DNA of 41,884 nt from Clostridiales bacterium DTU064 (GCA_001513385.1 LFTK01000050.1:1-41884); one strand, 5' to 3'; shown: positions 18,673 to 29,908, counted from the first letter of the stretch. Numbers and translations are program-made. Notes: generated by a model not told the origin, from the letters alone.

Positions 18673-20388
18673 TTATTCGCTTTTCACAAGCTCAATCAGC
18701 TCATCAATACTCTTTTTGCCGAACACGACTTTCTCATCGTTTATAATAATAGCAGGAACGCTCATTATCGAGTACTTATCCCGAAACTGCGGAAAACGCA
18801 TTACATCTATCATCTCGGCACTGACATTCGTGTTCTTGATTGCCATGAGCTGAGTGCCTACAACGACATCGGGGCACATATTGCAGGAGAGCGTAACGCC
18901 GACCTTAAAGCTGACGGGCTTATCAATCGAGTCTATTTTCGCCAAAGTATCATCGCTAATTGCCTGTCCCGGTCCTGCCGTATTGTAAAGCGTTATGATA
19001 AATGAATTTATCTCGTGCCCGCCGGGGATTCCGTGGAGCTGGACACCGGTTGGTGTTCCGTCAGGCGCAAGTACGGCTATGGTCGGGAAGATTGTTGCGT
19101 TAACACGGCGCTCAAACTCCTCGTCTTCCCCTTTTGTGAGCATTTTAAGCTTTATTTTATCCGACAATGATGAAAAATCGGTGAGAAATGAGACAAGCTC
19201 TCCATAAGTTTCATGTGTCGGGTCAAGGACAGCGGCAAGCGTGACAGTGTTTTCAAAACGCTCAAGAACTGATGCTATCTGTTCTCTGAGACTGTCGTCA
19301 AAATAATGCTGCCCTTCTGCTTTTTTCTCTTGTGGCTTCTTTTGCTCTGCCCCCTGCGTCGCTTTCATTTCTGCTTTGCTCGCCGACGCAACAGCATTGC
19401 CTTTTCCGTCTACGTCTACATTTTCGTCTTCTGTCCGGATTCCGAGCCGCTCCTTTATAGCTGTTATATACCTTTCAGCGGATGTCGCTGCTATTGCCCC
19501 GTCGGCTGTTGCCGTCACAAGCTGACGCAGAATCTTCGGGCGGACATCGCCAGCGGCGTAAACGCCGTCGATATTTGTCCTCATTTCATCGTCCGTGATG
19601 ATATAGCCGTACTCATCCGTCTTTACGCTGTCTTTAAACTCTGCGCTCTCCGGTATATACCCGACAAATATAAAGATTCCGAAGGTTGAGTCTTTATCAT
19701 CAACGTCGTATTGCCACTCTTCGTTTGTTTTGTTGTTTATGAAACGGGCGTATTTTAAAACACTGTCGCCGCCAGCTTCAATAATTTCAGTGTTGAACTT
19801 GACTTCGATTTTCGGGTGTGCCAGTACCTTTTCGGCAATAGATTTTGAGCAGGTGAACTCAGGCTCGCGTGCTATGACGGTGACTTTCCGCGCGTAACGC
19901 GTAAGGTATATTGCCTCTTCCGCAGCAGCAAACCCCGCGCCAATGACAAACACATCTTTCCCCGCGAAAAATCCGCCGTCGCATGTTGCACAGTAGCCTA
20001 TGCCGCGTCCTCTGTATTCAGCCTCGCCTTTGAAACCGAGCGTACGCGGTTTCGCGCCGGTGGCGATTATTACGGAAAGTGCTTCATAATCGCCCACCGT
20101 TGTGTGGATTTTTTTAATATCCCCGCTGAAATCGGCAGATAAAACAGTCGCCTTTGTAAATTCAACACCAAAGTTTTCAGCCTGTCGGCGCATTGTGGCG
20201 CTCAGCTCTTCGCCTGACGTCAGCATAATACCGGGGTAATTGACGACCTCCGATGTTATTTTAATCTGCCCGCCGGGTGCATCTTTTTCAAGGATGAGTG
20301 TTTTCAGCTTTGAGCGCCCGGCGTAAATACCGGCCGTCATTCCCGCACTGCCGGAGCCGATTATTATCAGGTCATATAGCTTCCCCAT
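18673..20388 (-). CDS. ahpF: AhpF homolog: thioredoxin-reductase domain fused to C-terminal tandem thioredoxin folds
   Basis: GSGSAG FAD motif, CATCDG redox site, TNIDGVYAAGD; C-terminal GIPGGHEINSFI..LYN, CNMCPDVV, IMSVP (the AhpF N-terminal-domain motifs); follows ahpC. Confidence 0.88.
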   Translation of the reverse strand: MGKLYDLIIIGSGSAGMTAGIYAGRSKLKTLILEKDAPGGQIKITSEVVNYPGIMLTSGEELSATMRRQAENFGVEFTKATVLSADFSGDIKKIHTTVGDYEALSVIIATGAKPRTLGFKGEAEYRGRGIGYCATCDGGFFAGKDVFVIGAGFAAAEEAIYLTRYARKVTVIAREPEFTCSKSIAEKVLAHPKIEVKFNTEIIEAGGDSVLKYARFINNKTNEEWQYDVDDKDSTFGIFIFVGYIPESAEFKDSVKTDEYGYIITDDEMRTNIDGVYAAGDVRPKILRQLVTATADGAIAATSAERYITAIKERLGIRTEDENVDVDGKGNAVASASKAEMKATQGAEQKKPQEKKAEGQHYFDDSLREQIASVLERFENTVTLAAVLDPTHETYGELVSFLTDFSSLSDKIKLKMLTKGEDEEFERRVNATIFPTIAVLAPDGTPTGVQLHGIPGGHEINSFIITLYNTAGPGQAISDDTLAKIDSIDKPVSFKVGVTLSCNMCPDVVVGTQLMAIKNTNVSAEMIDVMRFPQFRDKYSIMSVPAIIINDEKVVFGKKSIDELIELVKSE

Positions 20389-20405
20389 AGTATATTCCTT
20401 ATAGT

Positions 20406-20969
20406 TTATAGTTTGCCTATTAAATCAAGAGATGGTTTGAGCGTTTCGGCGCCCGGCTTCCACTTTGCAGGGCAAACCTGATCGCCGTGTGCGGCAACAA
20501 ACTGTGCTGCCTGAACTTTTCTTAAAAGTTCCGAAGCTTCGCGTCCGATGTTGTTTGAGTTGACCTCGTAAGCAACTATCTTGCCCTCCGGATTTACGAC
20601 AAAGCTTCCGCGAAGCGCAAGACCTTCTTCGGGAATATATACCTCAAAGTCCTCTGCAAGCTGCGCTGTCGGGTCAGCAAGCATCGGGAACTTGATTTTC
20701 TTGATTGTATCTGAAGTATCATGCCATGCTTTGTGTACAAAATGGGTATCCGTCGACACAGAGTAAACTTCGCAACCGATCTTCTGGAACTCATCATAAT
20801 TGTCCGCAAGGTCGCCAAGCTCTGTGGGGCATACGAATGTGAAATCAGCTGGGTAAAATACAAATACCGACCATTTTCCGAGTATATCTGACTTTGAAAC
20901 TGTTTTGAAATCGCCATTGTGAAAAGCCTGAACTTTAAAATCGTTTATTTCTTTTCCGATAAGAGACAT
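20406..20969 (-). CDS. ahpC: Alkyl hydroperoxide reductase C (2-Cys peroxiredoxin)
   Basis: FYPADFTFVCPTE, VCPAKW; start set at MSLIGK after GAGGAGG. Confidence 0.97.
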   Translation of the reverse strand: MSLIGKEINDFKVQAFHNGDFKTVSKSDILGKWSVFVFYPADFTFVCPTELGDLADNYDEFQKIGCEVYSVSTDTHFVHKAWHDTSDTIKKIKFPMLADPTAQLAEDFEVYIPEEGLALRGSFVVNPEGKIVAYEVNSNNIGREASELLRKVQAAQFVAAHGDQVCPAKWKPGAETLKPSLDLIGKL

Positions 20970-21010
20970 TTGTTTGTCCTCCTCTGTATACATTTAATTT
21001 TTATTAATGA

Positions 21011-21418
21011 TTACTCTTTGCCGGAGTCTTTTTTCATACACTCGCGGCAGATACCGTAGAAAAGCAAGTATCTGCTTTTGACAAAAAGGCCAGTTGACGC
21101 TTCGACTGCCCGGTCAAGGTCAGATAATAGCTTTGCGTCAAGCCCCTCTCCGGTGTCGAGTATATGACCACACTCCGTGCAAACTACATGGTAGTGATCT
21201 TCTGTGTTAAAGTCGAACCTGTCCGGGGAGTTTGACATCGAAAGACGTAAAATCTCACCGTCTTCAGCCATTTCGCTTAGGTTCCTGTATACAGTGCCAA
21301 GGCTGATATTCGGATACTCCTTGCGGATATAATCATAAACATCCGACGCCGTCGGATGATCGAGCTCAAGGAGAGCTTCCCGGATCATGTTTCTTTTAGC
21401 ACTAAATCTCTTTACCAT
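21011..21418 (-). CDS. perR: Fur-family repressor, PerR-like
   Basis: HPTA, SLGTVYRNL, RFD, HYHVVCTECGHILD, CREC; heads the ahpC-ahpF operon. Confidence 0.85.
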   Translation of the reverse strand: MVKRFSAKRNMIREALLELDHPTASDVYDYIRKEYPNISLGTVYRNLSEMAEDGEILRLSMSNSPDRFDFNTEDHYHVVCTECGHILDTGEGLDAKLLSDLDRAVEASTGLFVKSRYLLFYGICRECMKKDSGKE

Positions 21419-21427
21419 GTCTAATCC

Positions 21428-21483
21428 TTAATAGTAATCATTATCGTTATTGTTATAGTATCGCTGAACTTACGAGTTGTCAA
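21428..21483 (-). promoter_or_regulatory. sigma-A promoter plus Per/Fur-like box of the perR operon
   Basis: TTGACA(21483-21478)-17 nt-TACTAT(21460-21455), then GATAATGATTACTATT just before the RBS. Confidence 0.75.
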
Positions 21484-21745
21484 TAGCTAACTGAAAAATT
21501 TTTTGCGTTTTTGCTACTTTTTCATCATCTGCCCGCAAAATAAAGATGACACCTCTTATTATGCACGCAGTTTTGACTAATTCTCTTATATTAAAATGCC
21601 CTCATTGCGGCAGAATAATCAGTTTATTTATCATCAACAACAAATTAATTAAAATTTAGTCCCATAATCTTCCTTTATCATCAGTCAGAAGCATCACTTC
21701 TGCTTCAACATCAACCTTCTGCGAAAAAAACACCGGTAAAACTAT

Positions 21746-21776
21746 AAAAAAGTCAGGCTTTTTGTTTGCCTGACTT
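21746..21776 (-). terminator. Terminator of hemW
   Basis: Minus strand AAGTCAGGC...GCCTGACTT-TTTT. Confidence 0.75.
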
Positions 21777-21852
21777 AATTCTTTGTGTTATTTTGATTAA
21801 AATCTCCCGCTGTCGACGCTTTACAAAAGCGTGGCATTTCAAATTTAACCAC

Positions 21853-23052
21853 TTACTCAAGCATAAATGTGCCGTCAGCGTTGAAACTCAAAACTTCGGA
21901 GAGGATATAATTTGATACAAACATTCCGGCAGGTGTGAAGCTGTATACACCATTCTCAACTTTAACGTATCCGCCGGGAACAAATCTTTCGAGCTTTTTG
22001 CCATAGGTACGTGTGAAATCTTTACCGAACAGACGGAAGAACTCGCGCGAATCGACGCCGCTCGTCATTCGCATGCGCAGCATTATATATTCACCGACGC
22101 GCTCACGCAGTGGAATGATTTCGTTTTCGTCGGTCATTTCTTCTTTTGATACGTAGTTGACACCACGCATATACGAAGATATGCTCCGTTTAAACGAAAA
22201 ACGATATCCGTTGAAGTACGAATGCGCACCCGGACCAAATCCGAGGTACTCATCGCAGCGCCAATACTTTATATTATGGCGGCACTCAAATCCGGGACGG
22301 GCAAAATTGCTTATCTCATATTGAACATACCCGTTTTTAGCAAGGATGTCGATAGCATCGCGATACATGGCAAACTGCATCTCATCGCTTGGCATGGGGT
22401 AAGCTCCGCTTGCCACAGATGCGGCAAGCGGGGTTCCTTGTTCAAGCTTTAGCCCGTATATTGATATATGCTCCGGTTTTAACCGAAGGGTGAATTGCAG
22501 AGAATTCATGAATGATCTGTATGTCTGGTACGGGATGCCGTACATCAGATCAATATTTATATTCGTTATCTTCGCCTCGCGTGCGGCACGGAAACTTTCC
22601 TCAAAATCAGCGGGCGTGTGTATGCGCCCGAGCGCTTCAAGCTCTGCTTTATTCGCCGACTGAAGCCCCATGCTCAACCTGTTTACGCCAGCACGACGGT
22701 AACGCGTAAGCGTTTCAAAGTCAACAGTTTTAGGGTTTGCTTCAACCGTAAACTCAGGGTACTTCTGCAGGTGAAAATTATGTTTAATGGCTTTTATAAG
22801 ACGCAGAAAATCTTCAGGCGGCAGGACGGTCGGCGTTCCGCCACCGATATAGACGGTGTCAGGGGAATAATCGGCACAAGCCGCCTTGTAACTTTCCATG
22901 TGCCGGATAAGTGTGTCGATGTGTTTCGAATATACACCTGCCGATTTCGGTACATATGAATAAAAGTCACAGTACGAGCATTTTGAGGCGCAGAAAGGGA
23001 TATGAACATATATTCCGAGGCGCTTTCCATGCCTCCGCTTTATCATGAACAT
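21853..23052 (-). CDS. hemW: Radical SAM heme chaperone HemW (HemN-like)
   Basis: YVHIPFCASKCSYCDF, GGGTPT, EANP, YEISNF, HNIKYW; follows lepA; start moved to ATG 23052 after GAAGGGA. Confidence 0.9.
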   Translation of the reverse strand: MFMIKRRHGKRLGIYVHIPFCASKCSYCDFYSYVPKSAGVYSKHIDTLIRHMESYKAACADYSPDTVYIGGGTPTVLPPEDFLRLIKAIKHNFHLQKYPEFTVEANPKTVDFETLTRYRRAGVNRLSMGLQSANKAELEALGRIHTPADFEESFRAAREAKITNINIDLMYGIPYQTYRSFMNSLQFTLRLKPEHISIYGLKLEQGTPLAASVASGAYPMPSDEMQFAMYRDAIDILAKNGYVQYEISNFARPGFECRHNIKYWRCDEYLGFGPGAHSYFNGYRFSFKRSISSYMRGVNYVSKEEMTDENEIIPLRERVGEYIMLRMRMTSGVDSREFFRLFGKDFTRTYGKKLERFVPGGYVKVENGVYSFTPAGMFVSNYILSEVLSFNADGTFMLE

Positions 23053-23188
23053 AATTATAATCCCTTCCACATTTATAGATTTAAAACTTAATAATATCAC
23101 ACAATATAAGGCATACCTTGCCTTATTATTGTATCAACCGTATTAACTTACCAGCTTAACTTTAAGCTGATTCTTTTATTTGCTTATT

Positions 23189-25000
23189 CTATTCGTCGTC
23201 AAGCTTGAGGACTGCCATAAACGCTTCCGGTGAAACCTCAACAGTACCGAACCGGCGCATTCTCTTCTTGCCTTCTTTCTGCTTTTCAAGAAGCTTCTTC
23301 TTTCGCGTTATGTCACCGCCGTAGCATTTTGCAAGAACATCCTTCCTAAGCGCCTTTACAGTCTCACGGGCAATGACACGCGAGCCGATTGCAGCCTGAA
23401 CAGGAATCTCAAAAAGCTGACGCGGTATGTTTTCCTTTAATTTAACGACTATTTTACGCGCGCGTGCGTATGCTTTCTCCTCGTGGACAATGAATGTCAA
23501 AGCATCCACCGGGTCTCCGTTCAAAAGAATGTCGATTTTGACAAGCTTGCTGTCTGCATAGCCTTCCATCTCATAGTCAAGCGACGCATAACCGCGGCTC
23601 CGGCTCTTAAGCGCATCGAAAAAGTCATATATAATCTCATTGAGCGGCAGGCTATAATGAAGCTCAACTCGCGTCGCATCAATATACTTCATATCGTGGA
23701 AGATACCACGGCGATCGGTGCAAAGATCCATTATCCCGCCAATGTATTCTGTCGGCGTAATTATGCTTGCACGCACAATAGGCTCGCGGGCAACCTCAAT
23801 TTCATCCGGCGGCGGGTAATTCGTCGGGTTGTCGATTCGGACAATGCTCCCGTCGCGCTTTTTAATCTCATAAATAACGCTTGGCACCGTTGTGATAAGG
23901 TCAAGCCCGAACTCGCGCTCAAGCCTTTCCTCTATTATCTCCATATGGAGAAGGCCAAGAAATCCGCAACGGAAGCCGAAGCCAAGAGCAGCCGATGTTT
24001 CCGGCTCAAAGTGCAGCGCTGCATCATTGAGCTGCAGCTTTTCAAGCGCATCACGTAAATCGCCATAGCGGGCGCCGTCTGCGGGATAAATTCCGGCGTA
24101 TACCATCGGCACCGACGCTTTAAAGCCGGGCAACGGTTCTGTTGCCCCTCCTTCTGCTGTCGTTATTGTATCGCCGACGCGAGTATCTGCAACAGCTTTG
24201 ATGCTCGCTGTTATATAACCGACGTCCCCTGCGGCAAGATATTCAGCCTTAGTAAGCCCCAGCGGCTTCATGTACCCGACTTCTACGACGTCGAACTCCT
24301 GCCCCGTGCTCATCATCTTTATGCGATCACCCGGGCGCAGTGTCCCCTCAATTACTCTCACATAAACAACGACGCCGAGGTAACTGTTAAAGTACGAGTC
24401 GAATATCAAGCAGCGCAGAGGTGCGTTCTCATCCCCGCCGGGTGGTGGAATATCACGGACGATAGCTTTGAGCACATCGTCTATATTAAGGCCCGTTTTT
24501 GCACTGACTGCCGGACACCCTTCGGCCGGGATGCCGATTACATCTTCAATTTCAGCGCGAACACGATCAACGTCGGCAGAAGGAAGGTCGATTTTATTGA
24601 TAACAGGAACAATCTCAAGGTTGGCGTCGGCCGCAAGATAAGCATTAGCCAGCGTCTGAGCCTGTATTCCTTGTGTCGCGTCGACAACAAGAAGCGCCCC
24701 CTCGCAGGCATTCAGCGAGCGGGATACCTCATAGTTAAAGTCAACGTGACCGGGTGTGTCGATAAGGTTAAAAATATATGTCTCCCCGTCATCAGCTTTG
24801 TACTCAAGCCTGACAGCGTGAGCTTTTATCGTTATGCCGCGCTCGCGCTCAAGATCCATATTGTCAAGAAGCTGATCTTCCATCTCGCGCTCATCAACGG
24901 AATGAGTCGCCTCAATTATGCGGTCGGCAAGCGTGCTCTTTCCGTGGTCAATATGCGCAATTATTGAAAAGTTTCTGATTTTTTTCTGTCTTTCGGTCAT
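23189..25000 (-). CDS. lepA: Elongation factor 4
   Basis: [62 protein letters not shown]. Confidence 0.98.
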   Translation of the reverse strand: MTERQKKIRNFSIIAHIDHGKSTLADRIIEATHSVDEREMEDQLLDNMDLERERGITIKAHAVRLEYKADDGETYIFNLIDTPGHVDFNYEVSRSLNACEGALLVVDATQGIQAQTLANAYLAADANLEIVPVINKIDLPSADVDRVRAEIEDVIGIPAEGCPAVSAKTGLNIDDVLKAIVRDIPPPGGDENAPLRCLIFDSYFNSYLGVVVYVRVIEGTLRPGDRIKMMSTGQEFDVVEVGYMKPLGLTKAEYLAAGDVGYITASIKAVADTRVGDTITTAEGGATEPLPGFKASVPMVYAGIYPADGARYGDLRDALEKLQLNDAALHFEPETSAALGFGFRCGFLGLLHMEIIEERLEREFGLDLITTVPSVIYEIKKRDGSIVRIDNPTNYPPPDEIEVAREPIVRASIITPTEYIGGIMDLCTDRRGIFHDMKYIDATRVELHYSLPLNEIIYDFFDALKSRSRGYASLDYEMEGYADSKLVKIDILLNGDPVDALTFIVHEEKAYARARKIVVKLKENIPRQLFEIPVQAAIGSRVIARETVKALRKDVLAKCYGGDITRKKKLLEKQKEGKKRMRRFGTVEVSPEAFMAVLKLDDE

Positions 25001-25108
25001 ATCCGTCTTTTTCTTTTTTAGCGCAAAAAGCGCCGTGTAAGTTTGTTTTCGTTTTAGCTTATATCATTCTTTTACGATAAATCTTTTTATGCTGTAAGCT
25101 TATACAAC

Positions 25109-26224
25109 TTATACATAATAGCTCGGCTTGACATCACGAAGCTTAATTTTACTTGTCACATCCGTGTAAACTGTTATCTTATCCGTAACGTCCCCAAGCA
25201 TTTTCGTGAAAAGATACTCTTTGAGCTTATCTTCAAAGTCAAGGAAGAAATCTGTGTATGCTTTGTCGTTCCACGGCGCTTCATCCATAGCATAACGCTT
25301 GATGAAGTGGACGCCGTATTGTGTTTCGACCTTTGTCCATTCGCCGACTTTAATTTTAAATGCCGCTGTGACAACATCTGTTATAAACTTCGTATCAGAT
25401 GATATATAATAACCCTTTTCATAAGACTTGTCCTCTGAGTATTCTTCCCAAAGTTCCTCAAAGGACGCGCCTGAATTGAGCCCCTCTTCAACAGCGGCAA
25501 TCGCTTTTTCCTTCTCGGCTATTTCATCGCTTGTCAGGTCTTTTGTCACAACTTTGCCATTTTCGTCATAAGTGTAATTCCCGTTTTCATCGAGAACATA
25601 TTTATACTTATTGTTTATATAAAGGTGCTGTATGTGAGAATAATTATCGTCAAGGAATTTTTTTCTATCATTATCTGATATCTCAGCTATGCCCGATTCA
25701 CCGAAAAGATAATTATAGCAATATGAAACCTTTGCATCCATGACGTATATATCGTATAAAATATCGTCATTTATGCCAAATTGCGAAAGATACTCATTAA
25801 ATGTTCGCTTTTTTCCGTCGGCAAGGTTTTTGCAAAGGTCATCTATTCCTTCCTTGACCTCTTTTTTCATGTCAGATGTAAACTTGAGCCCCATGTAATC
25901 GAAAAGCCACGCGCCGGCTACGTTTTTCTTGACATTTTCAAGAAGAACGACCGAAAGGTATTCCTCTGCTGTCATCCCATCCGTTGCTTCAGAATCCCAG
26001 AACTCATCCGTATCGGAAATTCCGGCGTATGACCGCATAAACACGGCTTTATAATGAGCAGCCCAGTATTCATACATGCGCGAGGTGACGATGATATCGC
26101 CGTATTCAAGCGCCGGCTCCCCTGCGTTACCGCACGCAGAGAGCACAGTAGCAATGGTTGCCGCTGCAACAACCAGCGCCGTGAATTTTATAATCGTGAA
26201 TTTTTTCAGCATTGATATCAGCAC
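25109..26224 (-). CDS. PrsA-like peptidyl-prolyl isomerase/foldase lipoprotein
   Basis: Lipobox LSAC; parvulin-like FEELWEEYSED...GEWTKVETQYGVHFIKR; position after mfd is typical in Clostridia. Confidence 0.75.
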   Translation of the reverse strand: MLISMLKKFTIIKFTALVVAAATIATVLSACGNAGEPALEYGDIIVTSRMYEYWAAHYKAVFMRSYAGISDTDEFWDSEATDGMTAEEYLSVVLLENVKKNVAGAWLFDYMGLKFTSDMKKEVKEGIDDLCKNLADGKKRTFNEYLSQFGINDDILYDIYVMDAKVSYCYNYLFGESGIAEISDNDRKKFLDDNYSHIQHLYINNKYKYVLDENGNYTYDENGKVVTKDLTSDEIAEKEKAIAAVEEGLNSGASFEELWEEYSEDKSYEKGYYISSDTKFITDVVTAAFKIKVGEWTKVETQYGVHFIKRYAMDEAPWNDKAYTDFFLDFEDKLKEYLFTKMLGDVTDKITVYTDVTSKIKLRDVKPSYYV

Positions 26225-26293
26225 CTCGTTTAAAACACTAAAGCATTTTTTTGATTAACAAATATAATTATATCAATTTCCGGCACCTTATGT

Positions 26294-29200
26294 CTACATC
26301 GCACCGTCTTTGATTTGTATAAATTTCTTTAACAGCGATATGACAACTGCCGACGGGCGCTCGCCCGATGTCAGCCGGACTGTAATATACGGCGGATTTG
26401 CCGAAACTATGCGCGGCTGACGGTTTCGCTCGCAGCGCACAGCATCAACAAGCTTCGCCCACACGTCAATTTCAAGCTTATGCGGCTTTATGCTGATTTC
26501 ACTGTCTCGCTGTTCAATTGCACGTATGCCGGACGCGCGTCCAAGCCCGCGGATAAGAGCGATGTCAAGCAGGGATTTAGCCGCAGCCGGCGGCTCACCG
26601 AAGCGGTCGGTAAGCTCATCGTACATATCGCGCACGTCATCCTCATTCTCAATGTTTGCAATCTTCTTATACATTTCCATGCGATGACGGGAACTGTTGA
26701 TATAAGACTGTGGAAGATAAGCATCCTCGCGCAAGTCAACAGTACATTCGGGCAGCTCGGCAGGCATCGGGGTGCCTTTTTCTTCAAGAACGGCAGCCTC
26801 AAGCAGGCGGATATACATATCATAGCCAACAGCATTTAGGTGTCCGTGCTGCTGAGGACCCAAGAGATTGCCCGCCCCGCGTATCTCCATGTCGCGCAGC
26901 GCTGCACGGAACCCCGCGCCGAATTCCGTATGCTCGCGGATTGCTTCAAGGCGGTTTGTCGCCTCTTCAGACAATGCTTTTCCACGTTTGAATGTGAAAT
27001 AGGCATATGCCCGCCGCCCTGAGCGTCCGACGCGCCCGCGTATCTGATGAAGCTGCGCAAGTCCGAGCCTGTCGGCGTCCTCAATTATAAGAGTATTGGC
27101 ATTCGGCACGTCAACTCCCGTCTCAATTATTGTCGTTGACACGAGTATGTCAATTTCTCCGTCAAGAAGCGACTGCCATATCACCTCAAGCCTATCGCGG
27201 TCCATCTGACCATGCGCAACAGCAATCTGCGCATCGGGCAACGAACGGCGCAACCTTTCCGCTACCTGATGTATGCCGTCAATCCTATTGTACAGGTAGA
27301 AAACCTGTCCGCCGCGCCGCAGTTCACGGCGTATTGCCTCAAGTATCACAGCATCATCGTGTTCAAGCACGTATGTCTGAACCGGATACCTGTTGCCGGG
27401 CGCTTCGTCAAGGATTGACATATCGCGGATGCCGTTCATCGCCATATTAAGCGTGCGCGGAATCGGCGTTGCTGTCAGTGTCAGAACATCAACGCCCCTT
27501 GCAAGCTGTTTTAGCTTTTCTTTTTGCGCAACTCCGAAGCGCTGCTCCTCATCGACAATTAAAAGCCCGAGGTCGCGGAATTTTACGTCCTGGGAAATAA
27601 GACGGTGTGTTCCGATTATCATATCAATCTCACCGCGGCGCAATTTGCGCAAAATTTCCTCCTGCTGCGCCGGTGAGCGGAAACGTGACAGCATTTCTAT
27701 TGTAATCGGATACGGACGCATCCGTGCCATAGCAGTCGTGAAATGCTGATACGCAAGAATTGTCGTCGGAACGAGAAAAGCTACCTGTTTACCTGCCAGT
27801 ATTGCCTTGAAAGCAGCTCTTAGCGCTACTTCAGTTTTGCCATAACCGACGTCTCCGCAAAGAAGCCTGTCCATAGGCCACGGGCTTTCCATATCGCGTT
27901 TTATTTCTTCTATCGCCGCAAGCTGAGCTTCCGTTTCCTCATATTCGAATGAAAGCTCAAAGCCGCGCTGAAATTCATCATCCGGAGGGAAGGCAAAACC
28001 GTGCTTGCGACGGCGCTCAGCGTAAAGGGTTATAAGCTCCTTCGCCATATCCTTTGCTGCCGCTTTTGCTCGTGACTTTGCTCGTATCCAGTCGGTGCCG
28101 CCCATTTTTGAAAGCTTAACAACACCATCGGCATTTGCGCCTATATATTTTGAAACAAGCCCGAGCTGATCTGTCGGCAGGTAAAGAATATCTGTTCCGG
28201 CATATTGAATTTTTATATAATCCCGCGACACGCCGGCCGTCGTTAAGTTTTCTATCCCAAGATAACGGCCGATACCGTAAGCCTCATGAACAACGTAGTC
28301 GCCGGGCGTAAGATCGTTATATGATAATATTTTCTGCGATGCTGTTCCTGCTCGGCGTCCTGCAGCATCTATCCTTGTGCGCTTTTGTGTGCGCCGTTCT
28401 TGTGTTTCGGATGAAAACGACAATAGCACAATTCTTGACACCGGCAGCTCATATCCTTCGGGGTTGGCCGCGGGAACAGCATAAACAACGCCCGGCTCCA
28501 TATCCTTATATGAAACATCGGACACCGCAACAGCTGACACTCCGGCATCACGCAGGGCGGATGCCGTCACCTCGGCCGCCGCTTCGCTGCCGCAAGCAAC
28601 GGCAATTTTATATCCCCCTCGCACAAAAGACGCCGCATCTTCGGCAAGCAGGTTCATATTGCCCGAGTAAGCAACACCGCGGCGCGACGAGAAGCCATAA
28701 AGCCCTGCAAGAGAGCGCCCCGACATTCCGGCAGGGGAGAAAGTGCTGCAAGCTACATGCGCGTTTTTCTCGCGAAACAAATCAAGTTTATCTTCGTAAA
28801 ATGAGTACTCGGCAAGCTCAGGCGTTATAAGCCCGTCGGCGAGCATTTCTTTTATGTCCTCGCCAAGCTGCCACATATAGCCGTCAAGGCGTTTTTTAAC
28901 GCCATTAACGTCCGTTGTAATTATCGCAATGCGCCCTAAAGCATCAAAATAATCAAGAAGGCACACCCCGCCGCCGAAAACAAGCTTCATATATTTATCA
29001 ATCGACGGAATCGGGAGTCCGTTTGCCGCATAGTCCGCTTCTGATGATAGCTGAGCGCGGACTGTCTCGTTTTCCGCCTTTTTTATAAGCGAGCGCGCCA
29101 CCTTCTCTATCGCTTCGCGATCCTCACCGCGAGGACAAAGCTCGCGCACCGGTAAAATAGTTATTTTTGTTATCGAATTTATTGTGCGCTGTGTTGTAGG

Positions 29201-29908
29201 GTCAAATATAGATATACGGTCAACCTCATCCCCGAAAAACTCAAGACGGACTGGCATGGGATTAAGCTGCTCATTGACTGTGCTACCACCTTTATCACTG
29301 CCGCTGTCAGCATTCCCCGCGTCGTCAAGCGTCGTCGGGTATATGTCGATAATTCCGCCTCTGACGGAGAAAAGACCGACGCCACCTGCTTCCTCTGCAC
29401 GCACATATCCCGCGTCTGTCAGGCGGCGAAGCAGCTCCTCCCGCGAAATTTCATCGCCAAGGGACAAAGTTATTATCCGCTCTTCCAATGCAGCAGGCGG
29501 CATGGTGAAGCTAAGCGCTGCATCAGGGGTAGCAACAACAGCATCCCACTCCCCCGACATAATTTTAGCCAGCACAAAAAGCCTCTCATGTTCGCTTTCA
29601 TGGGAGGCTGTCGCGTTATGAAAAAGCAGGTCGCGCGTCGGGTATAAAAGCGTGCGAATACCAGCGTTTGAAAGCCGGCGGAAAAGAGCTGCGGCTTCGG
29701 TATCCCCGGGCACAAGAAATAAAGTTCCCGCACCTCCAGCAGCTTTTACATCGGCAGCAAGGCAGGTATAAAACGATGTCGCTGCCCCCTCGCAAAGACC
29801 CGATACGACAATCGGGCGAGGACGTGCGCTGTTTTTCAGCTGTGCTATAAGCGTCTCGGAAAATGCACCGTAGTCCCGCTCAGCGCGTATAAATTCAGTT
29901 ATACCCAT
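26294..29908 (-). CDS. mfd: Transcription-repair coupling factor
   Basis: RGGIIDIY, GDYVVHE.YGIG, DRLLCGDVGYGKTEVA, VDEEQRFGV, TATPIPRT, QIRGRVGRS, RDMEIRGAGNLLG. Confidence 0.98.
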   Translation of the reverse strand: MGITEFIRAERDYGAFSETLIAQLKNSARPRPIVVSGLCEGAATSFYTCLAADVKAAGGAGTLFLVPGDTEAAALFRRLSNAGIRTLLYPTRDLLFHNATASHESEHERLFVLAKIMSGEWDAVVATPDAALSFTMPPAALEERIITLSLGDEISREELLRRLTDAGYVRAEEAGGVGLFSVRGGIIDIYPTTLDDAGNADSGSDKGGSTVNEQLNPMPVRLEFFGDEVDRISIFDPTTQRTINSITKITILPVRELCPRGEDREAIEKVARSLIKKAENETVRAQLSSEADYAANGLPIPSIDKYMKLVFGGGVCLLDYFDALGRIAIITTDVNGVKKRLDGYMWQLGEDIKEMLADGLITPELAEYSFYEDKLDLFREKNAHVACSTFSPAGMSGRSLAGLYGFSSRRGVAYSGNMNLLAEDAASFVRGGYKIAVACGSEAAAEVTASALRDAGVSAVAVSDVSYKDMEPGVVYAVPAANPEGYELPVSRIVLLSFSSETQERRTQKRTRIDAAGRRAGTASQKILSYNDLTPGDYVVHEAYGIGRYLGIENLTTAGVSRDYIKIQYAGTDILYLPTDQLGLVSKYIGANADGVVKLSKMGGTDWIRAKSRAKAAAKDMAKELITLYAERRRKHGFAFPPDDEFQRGFELSFEYEETEAQLAAIEEIKRDMESPWPMDRLLCGDVGYGKTEVALRAAFKAILAGKQVAFLVPTTILAYQHFTTAMARMRPYPITIEMLSRFRSPAQQEEILRKLRRGEIDMIIGTHRLISQDVKFRDLGLLIVDEEQRFGVAQKEKLKQLARGVDVLTLTATPIPRTLNMAMNGIRDMSILDEAPGNRYPVQTYVLEHDDAVILEAIRRELRRGGQVFYLYNRIDGIHQVAERLRRSLPDAQIAVAHGQMDRDRLEVIWQSLLDGEIDILVSTTIIETGVDVPNANTLIIEDADRLGLAQLHQIRGRVGRSGRRAYAYFTFKRGKALSEEATNRLEAIREHTEFGAGFRAALRDMEIRGAGNLLGPQQHGHLNAVGYDMYIRLLEAAVLEEKGTPMPAELPECTVDLREDAYLPQSYINSSRHRMEMYKKIANIENEDDVRDMYDELTDRFGEPPAAAKSLLDIALIRGLGRASGIRAIEQRDSEISIKPHKLEIDVWAKLVDAVRCERNRQPRIVSANPPYITVRLTSGERPSAVVISLLKKFIQIKDGAM

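Noticed and set aside
21660-21720. CTGATGA next to a small hairpin (hammerhead or fluoride riboswitch?)
   Set aside because: No stem II/GAAA for a hammerhead, no GGnGATG..TCnCC 5' element for a fluoride riboswitch, and no relevant downstream gene.
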